30,148 nt of DNA from the NCBI GenBank assembly GCA_046758965.1, contig JBHIBG010000030.1, positions 1 to 30,148 of the forward strand. Direction: 5' to 3'. Positions 25,469 to 30,148 of the stretch are shown piece after piece; the stretch's first letter is position 1, and each line of letters opens with the position of its first letter. The notes below the pieces were generated by a model. That model had not been told where the DNA came from, did not search any database, and was given only the letters and a program-made list of their open reading frames with translations. A program made the translations under genes and the position numbers. The stretch comes from Candidatus Methylomirabilia bacterium. Its GTDB lineage: Bacteria > Methylomirabilota > Methylomirabilia > Rokubacteriales > CSP1-6.

Positions 25469-26431
25469 ATGACGACAGAAGTCGCCCCCGGGGTGTTCCG
25501 ACTTCAGATTCCTGTTCCCTTCAAACTCGGCCACGTGAACCTCTACCTTATCGACGGCGGCGAAGGGTTCATCCTGGTGGATACTGGCGTGGCAACGCCC
25601 GAGGCGTTTGCGGCTGTTCACGCGGGGCTGAAGGGAGCGGGGATCGGTTATGGAGATCTCTCGGAGGTCGTGGTCACGCACTTTCATGCGGATCACAGCG
25701 GACAGGCTGGCCATGTCCAGAAGCGTTCCAAAGCGCGTGTCCTCATGGGAGATCGGGATGCCGCGTACCTCGATGACTTTTTCCGTAATGGACCCCCCTG
25801 GGAATCGGACGAGTTCTTCTCGTCGCACGGCGTGCTGGCGTCCTCGGCCAAGGAGTTTCGGGAGATTCTCCCTGCGCTCGCGCGCCTCATAACCCCCTTC
25901 TCACCCGATGGCACATTGGCCACCGGAGATCGGATCGGCAGCGGGAGAGAACTCATCGGGCTCCTGACTCCCGGTCACACACCCGGTCATCTCTGCGTGC
26001 TTCTTCCCGAGGAAGGGCTCTTGCTGTCCGGCGATCATGTCCTGCCACACATCACCCCCCACATCGGGCTCTACTCGAACGCGGATCCGAACCCGTTGGG
26101 GAGTTATCTCAGCTCCCTGGACGCGGTGTCAGAGATCGCGCCCCGCCGGATCTTTCCCGCCCACGGGCCTGTTATCGAGGATCCCCAGGGGCGCATCCGG
26201 GAGCTGCTGGAGCACCACCGTCGGAGGCTCGACATGATTCTCTCTACCATGCGCTCGCCCGGGTTGACCGCTTGGGAGGTGAGCCGGGCCATCTTCGGGG
26301 ATGAGCTGGATCACGCGGAGCGATGGATGGCATTTTTCGAAAGCCTCGCCCACCTCGAGTATCTGGTGTCGAAGGGAGCGCTCTCTCGACTTGAAAGCAA
26401 TGCTCGCGTCGTCTATCTTCGCCCGTCATGA
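25469..26431 (+). CDS. Metallo-beta-lactamase-fold hydrolase
   Basis: LVDTG, THFHADHSG, TPGHTPGH, SGDHVLP, PAHG. Confidence 0.92.
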   Translation: MTTEVAPGVFRLQIPVPFKLGHVNLYLIDGGEGFILVDTGVATPEAFAAVHAGLKGAGIGYGDLSEVVVTHFHADHSGQAGHVQKRSKARVLMGDRDAAYLDDFFRNGPPWESDEFFSSHGVLASSAKEFREILPALARLITPFSPDGTLATGDRIGSGRELIGLLTPGHTPGHLCVLLPEEGLLLSGDHVLPHITPHIGLYSNADPNPLGSYLSSLDAVSEIAPRRIFPAHGPVIEDPQGRIRELLEHHRRRLDMILSTMRSPGLTAWEVSRAIFGDELDHAERWMAFFESLAHLEYLVSKGALSRLESNARVVYLRPS

Positions 26432-26767
26432 AGGAGAGATCCCATGCCTATCGCGTGCATTCAACGCACCCGTCTGAACCCCTGATCACTCAGAGGGGCA
26501 TCGCGTTCCGGCTCTCGCGGCCTAAACACTCCTCGAGCAACGCCAGCGGGGCTCACCCGCGTCATTTAGCTGCAGTTCGCTGTCGGCCGCGCGCCTGACC
26601 CGTTTCGGGAGATCGACCAGCCCAGCGGAACAGAGCATGGTAGCGCAAATGCTCTAACGTTTTGGTGCTTCCTACTCATTGACTTCGCCGGCGTTCCGAC
26701 AGTCCACTGGTACCAACGGGAGATACTCGCGCGGGGCCGACCAGCCCGCGAAAGGGCGGATACACCG

Positions 26768-27796
26768 ATGGAACCGATCATTTTCTGGCAGCAGAAGTGG
26801 GGCCTGACTTTTCACATCCCCTGGTACCTCTTCATGGGCGGCCTCGCCGGCGGCACCATGACGATCGGCGCTCTAGCCGATCTCCTGGCGGGGACGCGCG
26901 AGCGGTTTCGGCAGCTCGCCCGGGTGTCAGCGTACCTCACGCCCCCCGTCATCATCGTCGGGGGCTTGTTCTTGACCTTTCATCTCGGCAAGCCCGAGCG
27001 GGGCTTCGCTTTCCCACTCTTCTTCACCAATTATCGATCCTGGTTAACCATCGGAGGGTGGATCGTCGCGGCCTTCATTCTCCTGAGCCTTGCCTACGCC
27101 GCCGCGTGGCACTTCAACCTCGGCCGCCGCGCTAGGCTTGCGATGGCGGCGATCGGCGTCCCCCTGGGCGTGCTCATGTCGCTTTACACCGGGTTCCTGC
27201 TCTCGGCCGCGTGGACATTCCCGGGCGGCCGATGGTTCATTCCCCTATGGGACAACACGTACATCCCGACGCTCTTCCTGCTTTCGGGGCTCTCCACGGG
27301 CCTCGCGGCGTGCGGCCTGGCCATTCTTCTCGCCGGCCGCCCTTGGCGGATCCGCGCGGGAGACAGAACGTCTCAAGACTCCTGGGCAGCCGCGAAGATC
27401 GCAAGCGTGGCGGACATGGCGACAATCCTCGCTGAGGGGGCGTGGGTGTACCTGTTCTTCGCCTCGTTTGCGGTTGGCACGCTCGGGCAGCAGCTCGCAT
27501 TCAACCTGGTGACTCGGGATGCCCTCGCACCCTGGTTCTGGTGGGGATTCGTTGCCGCAGGCCTTGCCGCTCCGCTGCTGGCCAGTGTGGTCCACGCGGT
27601 CGGTGAGCGACTCTTCCGCGCTAGGATGGCCTGGATCCTCTACGCGAAGTTCGTTCTGGTACTTGTCGGCGGCCTGGTGCTCCGGTACGTCATCGTCTGG
27701 GGAGGGGACATGAAGGCTCCACTCATCTTCCCGCCCTCCATGTGGCCGGTGCCGAGCGTGCCGACGCTCCCACCCATCGCCGGGCTTGGGGGGTAG
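26768..27796 (+). CDS. NrfD/PsrC-family membrane protein (polysulfide reductase anchor-like)
   Basis: WGLTFHIPWYLFMGGLAGG, HLGKPER, SWLTIGGW, YTGFLL, LFLLSGLSTG, FWWG, GGLVLRYVIV; multi-TM. Confidence 0.85.
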   Translation: MEPIIFWQQKWGLTFHIPWYLFMGGLAGGTMTIGALADLLAGTRERFRQLARVSAYLTPPVIIVGGLFLTFHLGKPERGFAFPLFFTNYRSWLTIGGWIVAAFILLSLAYAAAWHFNLGRRARLAMAAIGVPLGVLMSLYTGFLLSAAWTFPGGRWFIPLWDNTYIPTLFLLSGLSTGLAACGLAILLAGRPWRIRAGDRTSQDSWAAAKIASVADMATILAEGAWVYLFFASFAVGTLGQQLAFNLVTRDALAPWFWWGFVAAGLAAPLLASVVHAVGERLFRARMAWILYAKFVLVLVGGLVLRYVIVWGGDMKAPLIFPPSMWPVPSVPTLPPIAGLGG

Positions 27797-27952
27797 GGAA
27801 AGCGCGAAAGTTCCCGCCTCGATTCGCTGCCCGCCGCTCGGGACCGAGCTGATCGCGGACCTCCTGCTGTACGCTGCCGGTCCTTCGGGACCGCTCGCCC
27901 GGGGACGGGAACCTCGAATACCAGCAAGCCATCAAGTAAAGGAATGACGCCG

Positions 27953-28009
27953 ATTGCCATAGGCTATAGCAATACTACTCACGTTATATTATTGACAATC
28001 CCTATTACG
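27953..28009 (+). promoter_or_regulatory. AT-rich promoter/operator region of the dsrEFH-like operon
   Basis: Inverted repeat ATTGCCATA-ggc-TATAGCAAT (27953-27973, one mismatch). A perfect -35 TTGACA (27992-27997) sits inside an imperfect palindrome CGTTATA...ATTGACAAT...TATTACG. The -10 match is weak. Confidence 0.5.
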
Positions 28010-28085
28010 CGGTGTTTTCTAGAGGAGAGTGGAAAGGGTTCATGGCCCCAAAGGTCCTGGATTTAACCGGAAAGGGGGCGACTCG

Positions 28086-28442
28086 ATGGAGAAGCGATTG
28101 ACGTTCGTCCTTGCGGCGAGCCCCTACTCGGGGGAGACCACGGCCACTGTCCTGAAGCTGGCCGCAGCAGCCCTGGCCGCCGGGCACCGGACCACGGTGT
28201 TCGCCACGGGCGACGGCGTCTATGGCTTCGTCAACAACCAGAAGGCGACCGGGGTGTTTGACGTCGCGGCTGCCGCCGAGTCCTTCCTGGCCCGCGGCGG
28301 CGGGGTGGACCTCTGAGGTTCCTGCCTGCGATTCAGGGGAATCGCCGAGGACGATCTTTTGAAGCACGCGCAGGTCGGAAGCCTCTCCCGGCTCATGGCG
28401 CTCCTGGAGGAAAGCCACGCGGTCCTCACCTTTGGACCGTAG
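28086..28442 (+). CDS. DsrE/TusD-like sulfur-relay protein with predicted selenocysteine (U77, UxxC), 118 aa
   Basis: LAASPYSG and FATGDGVY DsrE motifs. After the in-frame TGA at 28314-28316 the frame continues GSCLRFRGI...VGSLSRLMALLEESHAVLTF to TAG 28440-28442, completing the DsrE fold. Confidence 0.85.
28317..28351 (+). promoter_or_regulatory. Bacterial SECIS-like hairpin
   Basis: Perfect 7-bp stem GCGATTC (28328-28334) / GAATCGC (28339-28345) with an AGGG loop, starting 11 nt after the UGA. Possible lower pairing TCCT (28320-28323) / AGGA (28348-28351). Confidence 0.75.
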
Positions 28443-28451
28443 GAGCGTGCT

Positions 28452-28817
28452 ATGCGTCGATCGCTCTGCGTTCTCGTCGACCATCCGCCCTACGGGCGGC
28501 TCCAGCCTGCTGAGGCGATCCGCCACGCCCGCGGGGCCCTGGGGAAGGGGTGGGAGGTCGTCCTCGCCTTCGTGGGGGATAGTGTCTACACGCTCCTGCC
28601 CGGGCAGACGCCCCGGGTCGGGGAATGGGTCTGCCTATCGGAATCTGTGACCGAGTTCGTCTGCGAGGGGAAGGAACGCGCTTCGGTGCTGGTTGAGGAG
28701 CATTCCCTTGAGGCGCGCGCACTTTCAGAGAACGACCTGATTCAAGGGATCCGGCCGGCCTCGCTCGACGAGATCGCCCGGGCCATGGCCCGCTGCGACC
28801 GAACCCTGATCTTTTGA
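28452..28817 (+). CDS. DsrF/TusC-like protein
   Basis: RBS AGGAG; HPPYG, FVGDSVYTLLPGQ, VEEHSLEARAL..NDLI. Confidence 0.78.
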   Translation: MRRSLCVLVDHPPYGRLQPAEAIRHARGALGKGWEVVLAFVGDSVYTLLPGQTPRVGEWVCLSESVTEFVCEGKERASVLVEEHSLEARALSENDLIQGIRPASLDEIARAMARCDRTLIF

Positions 28818-28825
28818 GGGCGCCT

Positions 28826-29155
28826 ATGGCCTCGATCCTCGTGGTTCTGACCAGCCCCCCTGGCGCTCCGACCGGGCGGCAGGCCCTGGCGCTGGCCGAG
28901 TCCCTGGCTGGTCAGGGGCACGCCCTGACCCTCTGCTGCCTTCAGGACGCGACCCTCCTTGGGAGTAACCGCGCTCCTCGCGACGCCCGGGTTGCTCTGG
29001 ATCGGCTCCTGGATCGCGGGGCCCGGTGCGTTGTCCTCGGAGAGGATCTCGCGCTCCGGGGAGTTCAAGACGGCCCCCTCGCCTCGACGGTGGACCACGC
29101 CGGTCTCGTCGCGCTCCTGGCCGCTCCACACGATCGGGTGATTGGCGCCCTCTGA
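28826..29155 (+). CDS. DsrH/TusB-like protein
   Basis: ATG 28826; LTSPP, LQDATL, VLGEDLALRG, VDHAGLVALL. Confidence 0.75.
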   Translation: MASILVVLTSPPGAPTGRQALALAESLAGQGHALTLCCLQDATLLGSNRAPRDARVALDRLLDRGARCVVLGEDLALRGVQDGPLASTVDHAGLVALLAAPHDRVIGAL

Positions 29156-29162
29156 GGCGGTC

Positions 29163-30148
29163 ATGAGCCGCCGCCTCGTCCTCTTTTCAGTTGACCGCCC
29201 GAGGCTGGTCGTGGTCCTGACCCTCCTGGCGACCCTCCTCTTCGCCGCCCAGTTCCCGCGGGTCAGGATCGACACGGACCCGGAGAACATGCTCGAGGCC
29301 GATCAGCCCGAGCGTGTCTTCTACCGAGAGGTCAAGAAGGAGTTCGGGATCTACGACCTCTTGGTGGTGGGGCTTGTAGATCCCGAAGGCGTCTACCGCC
29401 CCGAGGTCCTCGAGCGATACGACAGGATCGTGGCGGACATTACCCGGATCAAGGGAGTGGTGCTGGAGGACCTCCTCTCCCTCACCACCACAGACGATAT
29501 GAGACCGTCCGCAGACACCCTGTCGGTCCGCCCCATTATGGAGCGAGTCCCCCGAAGCCCCGAAGAGATGGAGGCGCTCAGGGCGGCCCTCACGGAGAAC
29601 CCCCTGTTCGCCGACAAGCTGGCTGACCAGCACGGGGAAGCCCTGGCCATCTATGTGCCCATCCAGTCCAAGGACGAAAGCCACAGGATCTCAAAGGAGA
29701 TCGAAGCCATTCTGGAGCGCGAGCGGCTTCCGGGCCAGTCGTATCACATCGCCGGCCTTCCGGTGGCAGAGGACACCTTTGGCTTCGAGATGTTCATCCA
29801 GATGGGCTTGACCGCCCCGCTGGCCATGGGGTTCATCTTCGTCCTGCTGCTCGTTCTCTTCCGGCGGGTCACCCTGATCCTGATTCCCATGGGGGTGGCC
29901 ATGGCCTCGGTCCTCTGGACCATGGGGGCCCTGATCGGCTCGGGCTTCACCGTCCACATCATGAGCAGCATGATCCCGGTTTTCCTCATGCCCATCGCAG
30001 TCCTGGACTCGGTCCACATCCTGAGCGACTTCTATGAGCAGTACCGGACTCTGGGAAGGAAGCGGGAGGCGCTCCTTTCGACAATGGAGGATCTCTTCAT
30101 CCCCTGCCTCTACACCTCCCTCACCACGGCCGTGGGCTTCGGGTCGCT
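29163..30148 (+). CDS. MMPL/RND-family transporter, truncated at the window end (absent from the ORF track)
   Basis: ATG 29163: MSRRLVLFSVDRPRLVVVLTLL...RIDTDPENML...AGLPVAEDTFG.EMF...MIPVFLMPIAVLDSVHILSDFY...LYTSLTTAVGFGS. No stop seen in the segments translated. Confidence 0.85.
   Translation, partial: MSRRLVLFSVDRPRLVVVLTLLATLLFAAQFPRVRIDTDPENMLEADQPERVFYREVKKEFGIYDLLVVGLVDPEGVYRPEVLERYDRIVADITRIKGVVLEDLLSLTTTDDMRPSADTLSVRPIMERVPRSPEEMEALRAALTENPLFADKLADQHGEALAIYVPIQSKDESHRISKEIEAILERERLPGQSYHIAGLPVAEDTFGFEMFIQMGLTAPLAMGFIFVLLLVLFRRVTLILIPMGVAMASVLWTMGALIGSGFTVHIMSSMIPVFLMPIAVLDSVHILSDFYEQYRTLGRKREALLSTMEDLFIPCLYTSLTTAVGFGS

Noticed and set aside
28029..28316. 95-aa ORF or nonsense pseudogene reading of dsrE
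   Set aside because: The TGA falls at the catalytic Cys column with a SECIS-like hairpin and an intact downstream frame, which favours Sec recoding.
1..30148. CRISPR arrays, tRNA/rRNA, transposases or integrases
   Set aside because: No regularly spaced repeats, RNA gene signatures or mobile-element ORFs were seen by eye.

Overview
GC-rich bacterial window with essentially all real genes on the + strand. It reads as an accessory catabolic island for aromatic and acyl-CoA compounds. From left to right: the tail of an unknown gene, a small Cys-rich membrane protein, a PAS-LuxR regulator, then a TetR-led operon carrying a class I ATP-dependent benzoyl-CoA-reductase-like enzyme (bcrCB plus two short ATPase subunits), a hemerythrin-like protein, phenylacetyl-CoA:acceptor oxidoreductase padBCD and a GNAT. 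Next comes a decaying stretch (about 12.9-15.9 kb) in which intact SDRs (one badH-like) alternate with gene remnants; two remnants keep both their start and stop but have lost the middle in frame. After that are an acyl-CoA carboxyltransferase, a two-subunit B12 acyl-CoA mutase with non-canonical active-site residues, MaoC, an lva-like module (ACAD, SDR, APH kinase, LvaB-like), an MBL hydrolase and an orphan NrfD. The window ends with a dsrEFH/tusDCB-like triad and a truncated MMPL/RND transporter. The strongest hidden signal is missed by the ORF track: the DsrE-like gene (28086-28442) has an in-frame TGA in a UxxC motif at the sulfur-carrying Cys position, followed 11 nt later by a perfect SECIS-like hairpin, so it very probably encodes a selenocysteine DsrE. 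Family calls come from recognising motifs by eye; no database search was run.
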